Position numbers and translations under genes: made by a program. DNA of 64,000 bases from NCBI GenBank assembly GCA_048940925.1, contig JBHLOC010000001.1, positions 64,001 through 128,000 on the forward strand. Reading direction: 5' to 3'. Below, piece by piece: positions 40,952 to 51,856 of the stretch. Position 1 is the stretch's first letter, and the number at the start of each line of letters is the position of its first letter. The notes beneath the pieces are model-generated. The model did no database searches, was not told the DNA's origin, and worked only from the letters and a program-made list of their open reading frames with translations. The DNA is from Promethearchaeota archaeon (GTDB lineage Archaea; Asgardarchaeota; Lokiarchaeia; Sigyniarchaeales; SOKP01).

Positions 40952-41453
40952 AGAAAAAACCAAAAAAAGTATAAGTAATAAGCATTTTGATTTATTACTT
41001 AAGATTTCTTTAATTCTGGGAATAATAATTGTTTCAGGATTTATAGTTTACTATGCTTTTCATCCTGAACCTGGATATGTTACGTTAGGGATATTAAATG
41101 AAAACAGACGAGCAGAAGACTATCCAACTAAAGCATCTATTAATGAGACTGTTTTTTTTTATATCTCTGTTGGTAACCACTTGAATAAAGACTTTTCATT
41201 TCAAATTAGAATTAAAAAAGGTGACAATAATACTATATTATCTAGATCTATAGAGTCAAATGGTACATTAGTTTTTATAGTCGGCAATTTTACATTAAAA
41301 AATAAGGAAAACTGGATTTCTGAACAACTAAACATCTCCTTTTCAGAAATAGGTACAAATCAGTTAATAATTGCTGAATTATGGCAAATTATTAAGGCAA
41401 GTCAAATAAATTTCTATAATAACGTATATCTTAGGTTAAATATTACTTCTTAA
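40929..41453 (+). CDS. DUF1616-like single-TM archaeal protein
   Basis: One TM, ILNENRRAEDYP, VGNHL, YLRLNIT C-terminus. Confidence 0.65.
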   Translation: MEKITKDKEKTKKSISNKHFDLLLKISLILGIIIVSGFIVYYAFHPEPGYVTLGILNENRRAEDYPTKASINETVFFYISVGNHLNKDFSFQIRIKKGDNNTILSRSIESNGTLVFIVGNFTLKNKENWISEQLNISFSEIGTNQLIIAELWQIIKASQINFYNNVYLRLNITS

Positions 41454-41510
41454 TTCATTTGATATCTTATTTGCTTTCTGTGAATCTCTTTTCTTTATAT
41501 TACTACTTCT

Positions 41511-42887
41511 TCAGTTTGCTCCACCTATTATAGGCACTTCTTTTATTTTAACATAAGGAGCTTGAAATGAACCATAAATTTTTAATTCTTTAGAAACAGC
41601 ATCTATTTTTTGAAATAAATCGATTAGATTTATACCTAACATAGTTTCATTTAAAGGATTCTTGATTTCTCCATTTTTAACTATATTTCCATGAAGTATC
41701 AAACCAGAAAAATCACCAGTAGTTATATTAGGTGAGTCTCCTGTATAATCCAAAATAATTGCTTCTTTTAAATCTCCGATTATTTCCTTAATACTTGTAT
41801 CACCACTTTTCATTATGAAATTTGATATTCCAATAGAGGGAATAGAACTATAGGAATTTCGAGATGCATTACCCGTACTTTCAACAGATTCTTTTCCAGC
41901 AGTATAACTATTATGTAATAATCCTGTTTTTAGTAATTTCCCTTCAATGAAGATTTTTTTATTTTTACATGGGACTCCTTCAGCATCAAAGATGGAAGAC
42001 CCAATTGCTCCATCAATTAATCCATTATCTTCAATATTTAAATGTCGTGAACCAATTATTTCATTTCTTTTGTCAAAGAGAAAACTTCGTTTATGTTGAA
42101 AAGTTTCTGCATTTAAAGCTGAAGCTATTGGTCTTAATATCAAATTTATTGTGCCTTTAGGCGTTAAAACTAAAGGAACTTTAACACTGCTTATTTTTTT
42201 GCGATTCAGATTTTTTTTCGCATCTCTTAAAGCCTTTTTTGCTGTTTCAGCAGGATTTATGTTTTCAAGAGTTCTTTCTGATTGCCATTCATACCCAAAT
42301 GAAGTTTCTTTACTTATTTTATCTTTAACAATAATATGTGAAGAAATTGAGCAGCTTGTATCCTTTCCTGATACCTCTAAACCATTAGAATTAAAAATGT
42401 AAGTTTTTGAATAATTTGCTATAAAACTGCCTGTTTGGGATATTGCAAACTCATCCTCTTCACAAACATCTATTATATCTTTAATATAATTCATTGAATC
42501 TTCTATTTGTAAATTCTTTATGTTTTTATCAAATAAGTTCTTAATAACTGGATATTTTTTTACAGAATGAGGTAAATTCTGAAAATCAGGATCTTCTGTC
42601 CCAGCTCTCATCATCTTGATTGAAAAATCTACAATCTTCTCTACTGCTTTTTTCTCAATTTTATTAGTAAAAGCAAATCCCAATGAACCTATTTTATTGA
42701 TAACTCTAACTGAGAAGCCATAATCTTCTCCAATTTCACTATTTTTTATTGAATTCTCTTCAATTTCAATATTAACATATCTATTTTTCTCAAAATACAT
42801 CTCTGCGCATTTAATCTCTGAGATATTTTTACTAATTAATTCCAAACCATACTTTGCTAGTTGATATGGGTCTGACATCTGTTCCAT
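41511..42887 (-). CDS. pmbA: PmbA/TldE family protein
   Basis: FDAEGVP, STGNASR, TGDFSG; no HExxxH. Confidence 0.9.
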   Translation of the reverse strand: MEQMSDPYQLAKYGLELISKNISEIKCAEMYFEKNRYVNIEIEENSIKNSEIGEDYGFSVRVINKIGSLGFAFTNKIEKKAVEKIVDFSIKMMRAGTEDPDFQNLPHSVKKYPVIKNLFDKNIKNLQIEDSMNYIKDIIDVCEEDEFAISQTGSFIANYSKTYIFNSNGLEVSGKDTSCSISSHIIVKDKISKETSFGYEWQSERTLENINPAETAKKALRDAKKNLNRKKISSVKVPLVLTPKGTINLILRPIASALNAETFQHKRSFLFDKRNEIIGSRHLNIEDNGLIDGAIGSSIFDAEGVPCKNKKIFIEGKLLKTGLLHNSYTAGKESVESTGNASRNSYSSIPSIGISNFIMKSGDTSIKEIIGDLKEAIILDYTGDSPNITTGDFSGLILHGNIVKNGEIKNPLNETMLGINLIDLFQKIDAVSKELKIYGSFQAPYVKIKEVPIIGGAN

Positions 42888-44339
42888 TTAGTTTAAACCC
42901 CCAACTGTAACATCTTCTATACGTATATATGGTCCACCATCGCATACTCTTACACTTTGGCCTCCTTTTCCACACATACCATCAGAGTAATTAAAAGATC
43001 GTTTATTACCTATTGCTGAAATGTTATTAAGAGCCTCAAGAATCATTCCTGCGAGTGAGACATCTCTCATCAGTTCTTGCTTTTCACCATTTTTAATCTT
43101 ATACGAAAATTTACATTTGAATTGAAAATTTCCTGTTGATGGGTCTGTGTAACCATATTGAAAATCTTCACAAAGAATCCCATTTTTAGTATCTTCAATT
43201 ATCTCCTCAACATTCCAATCTTTTGGCTCTAAAAATGTAAAACCCATTCTAACTTGGGGTCTAGATGAATTTGAAGAAGCTCTTCCATGTCCATTCGGCA
43301 TTACGTTCATTCTGGAAGATGTTTCTAAATTATGGAGAAAATTTTGTAATTCCCCATTTTTGATAATTATAGTTTTTTGGGATGGAATTCCTTCATCGTC
43401 TATATAATAGCTTCCAAATAATTCATAAGGTAAATTGAATTTTTTCCCTTGGCCCATAGTAGGATTATCGATAAATGTAACCTCTTCAGAAGCAATTTTT
43501 TCACCAAGTTTATCTTTTAATATACTCTCATCGTTTAAGACTAGATCTGCTTCACATGCATGACCAAATGCTTCATGCATTATGGTTCCTGTTAATTTGG
43601 GATCGGTTATAATGGTAAATTTACCTCCAATTGGCGATTGTGCCTTTAGTAAATCAATAGCTTCTTGGGCAGTGTTTAGACTCAAATTTTCAGCTTTGTC
43701 TGTCTGAGTTATTTCAAAACCTCCAATTCCTCCTGCCGAATTTATGGACCTTTGAAGAATTCCCTTCTCTTGGGCATAAACAGAACAAAATATCCTAATA
43801 AAGGATAAATCTTGTGATATATTACTTCCATAAGAATTAATAAACTTATTTAGAGTATGACCATCGAAATAGATAGTATGGGTATTTTTTACTTTGGATG
43901 AATATTCAGCAGCAGTTTTTTCGTGATCTTTTACAAGTTTAATTTTATCTTTAATGTCAACATCTTCTAATTTCTTCTTACAATCGATTTTAAAATTATG
44001 AATTAAGGGATTTTGAAACTTGATTTTAAATTTATTTTTACAAAGAGATTCTGATAACCTGGCTAGTTTTATAACTTTAATAAATCCATCAGTTATAGTC
44101 TTATTATTTAGATCTTTTAAAACATAAAACCCCCAACCTCCATTATAAAAAGCTCTTAACCCACATTCAGTTATTTCATAAGAGGAAATTTCTTTACTTC
44201 TTTGATCTGTGAAATCTAAGGTGATTCCTCGAATTACACCCGCTCTAATATCCCAATAATCAATTTTATCTTTAGCTATATTATCTAAATCTTCAATTAA
44301 TTTTTCATCTATCTCTGTTAGATTATCAGTTATCTCCAT
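42888..44339 (-). CDS. tldD: TldD metalloprotease
   Basis: HEAFGHACEAD, DDEG, CGKGGQSV. Confidence 0.93.
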   Translation of the reverse strand: MEITDNLTEIDEKLIEDLDNIAKDKIDYWDIRAGVIRGITLDFTDQRSKEISSYEITECGLRAFYNGGWGFYVLKDLNNKTITDGFIKVIKLARLSESLCKNKFKIKFQNPLIHNFKIDCKKKLEDVDIKDKIKLVKDHEKTAAEYSSKVKNTHTIYFDGHTLNKFINSYGSNISQDLSFIRIFCSVYAQEKGILQRSINSAGGIGGFEITQTDKAENLSLNTAQEAIDLLKAQSPIGGKFTIITDPKLTGTIMHEAFGHACEADLVLNDESILKDKLGEKIASEEVTFIDNPTMGQGKKFNLPYELFGSYYIDDEGIPSQKTIIIKNGELQNFLHNLETSSRMNVMPNGHGRASSNSSRPQVRMGFTFLEPKDWNVEEIIEDTKNGILCEDFQYGYTDPSTGNFQFKCKFSYKIKNGEKQELMRDVSLAGMILEALNNISAIGNKRSFNYSDGMCGKGGQSVRVCDGGPYIRIEDVTVGGLN

Positions 44340-44486
44340 TTTAATTTTTTTTTCAATTTAATGTTTATTTATAAAGGAATAGTATATTGCTTAATAATTT
44401 ACCATTAAAGAATTGTGGAAGAAAAGCTAAATACTTTTGTTTTTTAAACTAATGTCTAAATTGCTCCTCAAATTCAAAATAATAAA

Positions 44487-44684
44487 TTAAATTTTATTCT
44501 TAAGTTGTTTAATAACTGTGATAGCACCATTCATAGAGCAAACCTTAGAGAATTTAGAGGCATTTTTAAATAAGAAAGAATGATTGCATTTCCAGCATTT
44601 CTTTACCTTAATTTTTCGATTTGTATAATACCATTCACCGCAATGGGAGCATCTAAAAAAGAAGTAATTTTGCCCAATACTCAT
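44487..44684 (-). CDS. Small zinc-ribbon protein (DUF1922-like)
   Basis: FRCSHCG...KKCWKC. Confidence 0.7.
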   Translation of the reverse strand: MSIGQNYFFFRCSHCGEWYYTNRKIKVKKCWKCNHSFLFKNASKFSKVCSMNGAITVIKQLKNKI

Positions 44685-44879
44685 ACAACAATTAAAAAAT
44701 TAACTTAATGATATATTTCATAGCGGTCAAAAAATTTTCTAATTTTTTTATTAAGTGATTAAATGAAATGATAAGAGATGTTTAAACTGTATTGAAATTA
44801 TTTTTTCTCTAATAAAATAAGATATATGTTTTGATGAATCATTATGGTACGTATTAATTAAAAGAAGATGTGAGATAAT

Positions 44880-46238
44880 ATGGAGCATAAATTTGTTCAC
44901 CCTATAGAAACACGTTATCGAACTGATATAGCAAATTTATTCACTGAGGAAAAGAAACTAGAAAATTGGTTAAAAGTGGAAGCTGCATTAGCTCGAGTGC
45001 ACGCAGATTTAGGAAATTTCCCTGAAAAACTTGCTAAGGAGATCTCTAGAAAAGCTAATACTGATTATGTAAAATTAGAAAGAGTAAAACAAATTGATCT
45101 TGAAATTCATCATGATTTAATGGCGATGGTTAAAGCTTTGTCAGAACAATGTGAGGGCGATGCTGGGAAATATGTTCATCTTGGGGCTACTAGCTACGAT
45201 ATTGAAGATACAGCTACAGCTTTACAGTTAAGAGAAGCCTTATTTTATATTAAAGATTCATTAAAGGACTTATTAGGTGAATTAATAAAGATTACTGAAA
45301 AAAAAAAGAGAAAAGTCTGTATTGGGAGAACACATGGACAACATGCCGTTCCTACTACATATGGTATGAGATTTGGCGTGTGGGCATATGAAATAGATAG
45401 GCATCTTGATAGAATTGCTGAAGTATTAACCCGTATATCATTTGGTAAAATGTCAGGAGCAGTTGGAACGATGGCGAGCTTTGATAATAAAGGAATTCAA
45501 ATACAAGAAAAAGTAATGGAGACTCTTAACTTAAATCCTGTACTGATTGCAAATCAAATAGTTCAAAGAGATAGACATGCTGAAGTAATTTTTTTAACCG
45601 CGTTAATTGGACAGTCTTTAGCAAAAATCGCAAGAGAAAACAGAATTTTACAAAGAAATGAAATAGCAGAAATGTTTGAACCTTTCAAAAAAGATCAAGT
45701 GGGGAGTTCAACCATGCCTCACAAAAGAAATCCACATAAATCAGAACGAATTTGTAGTTTGGCAAGAGTTTTGAAGTCTAATGTCATTCCTGCTTTAGAT
45801 AACATTGTGTTAGAAGATGAAAGGGATATAACAAATTCAGCATCGGAAAGAGTAATATTTGCTGAAAGTTTCATATTGTTGGATTATATGATTAAACAAT
45901 TAACTCAAAATCTTAAGGGAATTGAGTTCAATGAAAATAAAATCGAGGAGAATCTTAATCTTACTAAAGGTGCATGCTTAACTGAAAAAGCAATGATTGA
46001 ATTAGTAAATAAAGGAATAGGAAGGCAAGAGGGACATGAACTCTTAAGACAAGCTGCTATAAAAGCAAGAAATGAAAATAGATTTATGAAAGATATTTTA
46101 TTTGAGAATGAAAAAATTAAAAGCTCTTTTTCAAAAGAAGAATTAGACGAATTGTTCAATCCATATAACTATATTGGAAAAGCAGTTGAGCAAGCTGAAA
46201 ATTTAATTAATAATTTAAAAGTGAAATATAAATTTTAG
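44880..46238 (+). CDS. purB: Adenylosuccinate lyase
   Basis: HHD, HLGATS, GRTHGQHA, GSSTMPHKRNP. Confidence 0.96.
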   Translation: MEHKFVHPIETRYRTDIANLFTEEKKLENWLKVEAALARVHADLGNFPEKLAKEISRKANTDYVKLERVKQIDLEIHHDLMAMVKALSEQCEGDAGKYVHLGATSYDIEDTATALQLREALFYIKDSLKDLLGELIKITEKKKRKVCIGRTHGQHAVPTTYGMRFGVWAYEIDRHLDRIAEVLTRISFGKMSGAVGTMASFDNKGIQIQEKVMETLNLNPVLIANQIVQRDRHAEVIFLTALIGQSLAKIARENRILQRNEIAEMFEPFKKDQVGSSTMPHKRNPHKSERICSLARVLKSNVIPALDNIVLEDERDITNSASERVIFAESFILLDYMIKQLTQNLKGIEFNENKIEENLNLTKGACLTEKAMIELVNKGIGRQEGHELLRQAAIKARNENRFMKDILFENEKIKSSFSKEELDELFNPYNYIGKAVEQAENLINNLKVKYKF

Positions 46239-46243
46239 TTGAA

Positions 46244-47428
46244 ATGATGAACGAAAACGATAATATATATTCTCGATTAGGAGTCTCATCTAAAAAAGAG
46301 GATGTTCATAAGGCAATTGAAAAACTTGATAGAGGACTTTTTCCTGAATCATTTTGTAAGATTGTAGAAGATGTAAGTGGGAGGAGAGATTATTGTTCCA
46401 TCTTTCATTCAGATGGAGCTGGAACAAAATCAAGTTTAGCTTATATGTATTATAGAGAAACTGGGGATATAGACATTTTTAGAGGAATTGTTCGAGATGC
46501 TATGATTATGAATATTGATGACATATTATGTGTGGGGGCAACAGGGAATATGTTTTTATCTAATAATCTTGGAAGGAATAGTAAATTTATTTCTGGCGAA
46601 GTTATAGCAACAATTATAGATGAATATTATGCGTATAGTAAGAAATTGGGTGAACTAGGTTTAAACGTCATTATGTGTGGCGGTGAAACTGCAGATATTG
46701 GAGATGTGGTCAAAACTGTTATAGTAGATGCTTCTGTATTCACAAGTATGAAAAGGATAGATGTGATTGATGCAAAAAATATTAAAAGCAATGATGTGAT
46801 TATTGGATTGGCGAGTTTTGGTAAAGCATCATATGAGGAGGAATTTAATAGTGGAATTGGAAGCAATGGATTAACATTAGCAAGACATGGCATTCTCTCT
46901 CATGAATATTTTAAGAAATATCCCGAATGTTATGATCGAAATCTTGATGAAAAATATGTATTTTTTGGTAAATATAAGTTAACAGATAAGATAAAAGGTA
47001 TCAATTTATCCGTAGGAAAAGCATTATTATCACCAACGAGAACATATAGTCCGATTATAACCACAATTTTAGAAAAGCATAAAAAAGAAATCCATGGAAT
47101 AGTACATAATACAGGAGGTGGGCAAATTAAGGACTTAAATTATGGTAAAGGCATAGTATATGTCAAAAATAATTTATTTTCTCTTCCAAAAATTTTTGAA
47201 GTTATACAAAATTCTTCCGAAACTCAGTGGAAAGAAATGTATAGTGTATTTAATATGGGGCATAGAATGGAATTATTTTGTGAAGAAACAATTGCCAAAG
47301 ATATTCAAAGAATAGCTAAAAAGTTCAATATAGAGTCAAAAGTTATAGGTCATTGCGAAAAATCACCATTTAAGAATAAAAATTTTGTTGAAATAAATTC
47401 TGAATTTGGTTCTTTCAAATATACATAG
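46244..47428 (+). CDS. purM: Phosphoribosylformylglycinamidine cyclo-ligase (long form)
   Basis: RLGVSSKKEDVH, DGAGTKS, GGETAD, GSNGLT, HNTGGG, VFNMGHRME. Confidence 0.92.
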   Translation: MMNENDNIYSRLGVSSKKEDVHKAIEKLDRGLFPESFCKIVEDVSGRRDYCSIFHSDGAGTKSSLAYMYYRETGDIDIFRGIVRDAMIMNIDDILCVGATGNMFLSNNLGRNSKFISGEVIATIIDEYYAYSKKLGELGLNVIMCGGETADIGDVVKTVIVDASVFTSMKRIDVIDAKNIKSNDVIIGLASFGKASYEEEFNSGIGSNGLTLARHGILSHEYFKKYPECYDRNLDEKYVFFGKYKLTDKIKGINLSVGKALLSPTRTYSPIITTILEKHKKEIHGIVHNTGGGQIKDLNYGKGIVYVKNNLFSLPKIFEVIQNSSETQWKEMYSVFNMGHRMELFCEETIAKDIQRIAKKFNIESKVIGHCEKSPFKNKNFVEINSEFGSFKYT

Positions 47429-47439
47429 CAAAATAGAAG

Positions 47440-48402
47440 ATGACAGAACATTTTGATGTTATTTGTATAGGAGCAGCTTTAGTTGATATTGTTGCTCAAG
47501 TTGAGCGACATCCTGTAGAAGATGATGAGGTTTTTGTATCAAATCTAACTTTATTTTCAGGAGGAGCTGCTGCTAATACAGCATGTGCTTGCGCCAAATT
47601 AGGTTCGTCGACGGCTTTCTTAGGCAAAATGGGTTTGGAAGACTCATTTGGAAGTAAGATCATCCAAGATTTTAAGGAATCTCGAGTATCTACTGAGTTA
47701 ATAAAATATTCTAAAGATAGAATGACAGGTTGTGCGTATATAATTTTAAATAGAGAAGGAGATCGGAGAATTTATGCATATAGTGGAGCAGCTAATTACT
47801 TATCAAAAAAGGATATTATAGAAAAAGAATTGATACAGACTAAAGTTATTTTCTTAAGTAGTCTGAAAAATCTTGCACCATTTATAAAAGCCGCAAAAAT
47901 TGGTAGACAATATAAAATTCCAGTTATTTTAAATCCTGGCATGTTAATAATTGAGCAAGGTTTTGAAAATATCATAAAATTGTTAGAAAATGTCGATATT
48001 CTAATATTATCTCAAAGAGAATTTATAACCCTTATGAAAATTAAAAAAAATCAATTTAATTCTAAAGAAATTGAAATGCAAATTAAAAACCTTACCAATT
48101 TAGGAATTAAGGCTATTGTAATAACAAAAGGAGCGAGAGGGGCATCATTATTTACTCCATTTAATTCTAAATTAATTCCAGCACCTACAGTTGAGGATGT
48201 AATTGATACAACAGGTGCTGGAGATGCTTTTTCCGCGGGATTTATTTATGGGTTTTTAAAAAGCTTAAAGTATGATTTTAATAATCTTATTTATAGTATA
48301 AGAATTGGTAACTATGTTGCAGGAAAATGTATTCAAAAGTTGGGAGCTAGAAATGGTATTCCCAATTTTAATGAATTAAAAGAAGCTATTGCAAATTTTT
48401 AA
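47440..48402 (+). CDS. PfkB family carbohydrate/nucleoside kinase
   Basis: GGAAAN, DTTGAGDAF. Confidence 0.92.
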   Translation: MTEHFDVICIGAALVDIVAQVERHPVEDDEVFVSNLTLFSGGAAANTACACAKLGSSTAFLGKMGLEDSFGSKIIQDFKESRVSTELIKYSKDRMTGCAYIILNREGDRRIYAYSGAANYLSKKDIIEKELIQTKVIFLSSLKNLAPFIKAAKIGRQYKIPVILNPGMLIIEQGFENIIKLLENVDILILSQREFITLMKIKKNQFNSKEIEMQIKNLTNLGIKAIVITKGARGASLFTPFNSKLIPAPTVEDVIDTTGAGDAFSAGFIYGFLKSLKYDFNNLIYSIRIGNYVAGKCIQKLGARNGIPNFNELKEAIANF

Positions 48403-48462
48403 ATAACAAAGTTTATAATTTTTCAATTTTATAATTTGTTATTCAAATTTAAGTGAACATTT

Positions 48463-49530
48463 ATGGTATCTAGAGTATATTCGGGAAAGAAAAAAATTGC
48501 AGTAGATAGATTGAGGTTTTTTATACGTGAGGTTTCGCTTATGTTTATATTTATATTCTTGCTTTTATTAATCCCTCTATTTGTAATTCCGTTATTTATA
48601 AACGAAGAATCTTTTTTGTATGGTATTTTTATTTATGGTTTCAGAGCGGTCTTCATCTTCTTTGGTATTCCCCTCATTTTATATTTATCAAATTTAATAT
48701 TTGAGTCTCAACAAATAATTATTGAAGAAGACATCTCGCCTTGGATGGGGCATTTACGATTATATAAAATGACGAAAAAAAATTATAAATACCAAATTTT
48801 ATACGGGTTATTAATATTCTTTTTAGTTTTTCTTCCTCTCGATTTTTTAGGATATCTATTCATCCCTAAAATGATTGAATATCAAGCATTGGCTTTTAGT
48901 CTAAAAAAGACTGATATTTATCTATCATCTAATGATTATTTTATATTTTTAATTTCTGTGATTATTATACAGTTTTCAGTAGCTATAGCTGAAGAATCAA
49001 TTGCTAGGGGTCTTATAGCTAAAAGAGGAAGTGAATATTTTTTTACAATGTCAGCAGTGATGATTTCATCAATTTTTTGGGGGTTACAGCATTTCGCATA
49101 TTTTCTTGATCCTGTTAGTAGAGCGTACCCTTTATGGTATCCGCTCATTTGGTTTTTACAAGCGATTATAATTGGAATAGTTCTCTCGTTATTGGTGGTA
49201 AGAAAAAAGTGGATTTTTCCTGCTATAATTGCCCATACATTAAATAATATAGTTTCTGCTCATACAATCTGGAGTTTTTTACAGGGAAATGATTTTGTTC
49301 TTGTTGCACTTTATCTTTATTGTCCGTTATTTGCCATTGGTATTGGATTCTTAATATGGCAATTTCCCCAGATAAAAGATGGAGTTAATACAGGATTTCA
49401 AACTTTTAAAACATATTTTAAAAAGGATGAAGCTAGCGAGAGAACTAAAGGAGACAAATATTTCCGTTACTTTATTGATATTATAATGAGCTGTCTAATT
49501 TTTTTAATGAGTATGTTAGTTGCTATATAG
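48463..49530 (+). CDS. CPBP (Rce1/Abi) intramembrane metalloprotease
   Basis: EESIARG, FWGLQH, AHTLNN. Confidence 0.88.
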   Translation: MVSRVYSGKKKIAVDRLRFFIREVSLMFIFIFLLLLIPLFVIPLFINEESFLYGIFIYGFRAVFIFFGIPLILYLSNLIFESQQIIIEEDISPWMGHLRLYKMTKKNYKYQILYGLLIFFLVFLPLDFLGYLFIPKMIEYQALAFSLKKTDIYLSSNDYFIFLISVIIIQFSVAIAEESIARGLIAKRGSEYFFTMSAVMISSIFWGLQHFAYFLDPVSRAYPLWYPLIWFLQAIIIGIVLSLLVVRKKWIFPAIIAHTLNNIVSAHTIWSFLQGNDFVLVALYLYCPLFAIGIGFLIWQFPQIKDGVNTGFQTFKTYFKKDEASERTKGDKYFRYFIDIIMSCLIFLMSMLVAI

Positions 49531-49545
49531 CGGTGTGTAATTTAA

Positions 49546-50058
49546 ATGAAAATCGGAATTATTGCAGACACCCATTTTAATGATGATGACAATAAAATAA
49601 ATGAATTTATCACAAAGTTGAAAATTGCTTTTAAAGACGTTGATGAGATAATTCATGCTGGTGATGTTTGTTCTCAACAATTTCTCAATGAATTAAAGAA
49701 AATAGCTCCGACTCGATGTGTAAAAGGAAATTTAGATGATATTAAAGGTTTAGAAGATTTCATTGAATTCACAGTAGGGCTTTATAATATAGGAGTGATC
49801 CATAAGTTGCCTGAGAATGTTGAAGAATTTGCAAAGAAACATAATTTAAACATATTAATTCACGGACATACCCATAGACCACTTATAAAGGGAACAGAAT
49901 ATAATGTCCTTCTTTTAAATCCAGGTTCACCAACAAAACCAAAAACACCATTAAAAAAACCGGGATTTAGAACACCTATAGCAAGACCAAGCGTGATGAC
50001 TTTGAATATTGATGAGAATAATATATTATCAACATTTATTATAAATCTAAAGCTTTAG
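49546..50058 (+). CDS. YfcE/Vps29-like metallophosphoesterase
   Basis: ADTH, HAGD, KGNLD, HGHTH, LNPGS. Confidence 0.9.
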   Translation: MKIGIIADTHFNDDDNKINEFITKLKIAFKDVDEIIHAGDVCSQQFLNELKKIAPTRCVKGNLDDIKGLEDFIEFTVGLYNIGVIHKLPENVEEFAKKHNLNILIHGHTHRPLIKGTEYNVLLLNPGSPTKPKTPLKKPGFRTPIARPSVMTLNIDENNILSTFIINLKL

Positions 50059-50281
50059 AGAATTTTTGATATTTTAAATTTTTATTATGAAAAATTATTT
50101 GATATTATAGGAGTGAAAAAATGAGATATTTTGATTATTCTACTTCAAATAATTTTAAATATTATTTAACTCATATTATTAATACAAGGAAATTTTATGC
50201 TAAAGAATCTAAATTTAAGAATATTAATATAAAATTATATTGAATTTTCGTTTAAGATATTTGTAAATTAATCATATAAGA

Positions 50282-50689
50282 GTGTGCGTTAATTTGGTTA
50301 GTAGACTCGGATTAGTACTGAAAGAACTTAATGATAATGGAAATTTTCGCGCATCGCTTTTTGCAACATCAGCAGGTTTGGTATTAGCTTTCCAAAAAGA
50401 AGAAAATATTGATGAGCGTGCAATAGCAGCTATGGGTTCTTTACTAAGCGATGCAGCATACAAAGCCGCAGAAGAAATAGGTTTATCAGAAGTTAAGAGT
50501 ATGAAGATTAAGTATAAAGAAGACTATATAATAATGAGAAATATAATTATTAATCCTACTACCCAATTCCTTTTAGCAGTTTTAACAAAGTTACCTGAAT
50601 CTGAAGAAATTGAGAAATATGTGGATCAACTTCTAGATTGGGCTGAGGAAAATAGTAAAACTGATCTAGAGAAGCTTTCCTCTCTTTAA
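50282..50689 (+). CDS. Roadblock/LC7 domain protein
   Basis: ASLFATSAGLVLA...IDERAIAAMGSLL. Confidence 0.8.
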   Translation: MCVNLVSRLGLVLKELNDNGNFRASLFATSAGLVLAFQKEENIDERAIAAMGSLLSDAAYKAAEEIGLSEVKSMKIKYKEDYIIMRNIIINPTTQFLLAVLTKLPESEEIEKYVDQLLDWAEENSKTDLEKLSSL

Positions 50690-50818
50690 GAATAATAGTC
50701 TCTCATTTTTTATTTAACATTTAAATATTCTTTATTATTTTCTGTCATCAAGACTACTCGTTTTAAAATATAACCATTAAATTCATAAATTGGTCTTAAA
50801 TTTGTATTAAATAGGAAA

Positions 50819-51856
50819 ATGAAAGCTGCTTTTTTTAATAAACATGGGGATTTAGATCAAATCCAGATAGGAGAACTTGATGCGCCTAAAATAGGACCAA
50901 ATGAGGTGCTAATTAATGCAAAATATTCTGCATTGAATCATGTAGATATTTTTCTTGTTAGAGGATGGCCTGGTTTAAAGCTTAATATGCCTCATATATT
51001 AGGTGCTGATGGGAGTGGTATTGTAAAAGAAGTAGGATCAGCTGTAACAACAGTCTCTAAAGGTGATAAAGTAACTATAAATCCCGGTTTAAGTTGTGGT
51101 AAATGCAGTATGTGTTTAACAGGGCAACAAGTATTTTGTAAATATTTTTCAATTAAAAGTGAACATGAATGGGGTACTTTTGCAGAATATTTTAAAATTC
51201 CAGAAATAAATGTTTTGAAAATTCCTGAAAATTATAAGTTTGAAAAGGCAGCTGCTGCCCCACTCACCTTTTTAACAGCTTATAGGATGCTAAAAACCCA
51301 AGCAAATGTCCAACCAGGCGAGTTTGTTTTTATTCACGGAATAAGTGGAGGAGTTTCATCTGCAGCTGCCCAAATAGCAAAGTTTTTTGGAGCGATTGTT
51401 ATAGCAACAACCAGCACTGAAGTAAAAGTCGAAAAAGCAAAAAGATTAGGGGCAGATTATATTATAAATTACAATGAAATGGGAGATTATACTAAATATG
51501 TGTATGATGAGTTAACAAAAAGGCATGGAATAGATGTTGTGATAGACAATGTTGGTCAGGCAACTTTTCAGACCAGTCTCAGGTTATTAAGACCAGGTGG
51601 TCGCTTAATTACGTGTGGTGCAACAACAGGTCCATTATCTAAGATACAGATAAACAATATTTTTTGGAAGCATTTAGAAATAAAAGGATCCACTATGAGT
51701 AATCAGGGTGAATTTAGGGAGGTCATGGAATTGATTTTTCAGCAAAAAATAAGTCCAATTATAGATAAAATTTTTCCATTAGAAAAGGCAATGGAAGCTG
51801 AAAAATATTTATCCGCAGCAAAACAATTTGGAAAAATCTTACTTAAAATCTCTTAA
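50819..51856 (+). CDS. Zinc-binding medium-chain dehydrogenase/reductase
   Basis: ALNHVD, HILGADG, CGKCSMC...C, CGATTG, QFGKI. Confidence 0.9.
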   Translation: MKAAFFNKHGDLDQIQIGELDAPKIGPNEVLINAKYSALNHVDIFLVRGWPGLKLNMPHILGADGSGIVKEVGSAVTTVSKGDKVTINPGLSCGKCSMCLTGQQVFCKYFSIKSEHEWGTFAEYFKIPEINVLKIPENYKFEKAAAAPLTFLTAYRMLKTQANVQPGEFVFIHGISGGVSSAAAQIAKFFGAIVIATTSTEVKVEKAKRLGADYIINYNEMGDYTKYVYDELTKRHGIDVVIDNVGQATFQTSLRLLRPGGRLITCGATTGPLSKIQINNIFWKHLEIKGSTMSNQGEFREVMELIFQQKISPIIDKIFPLEKAMEAEKYLSAAKQFGKILLKIS

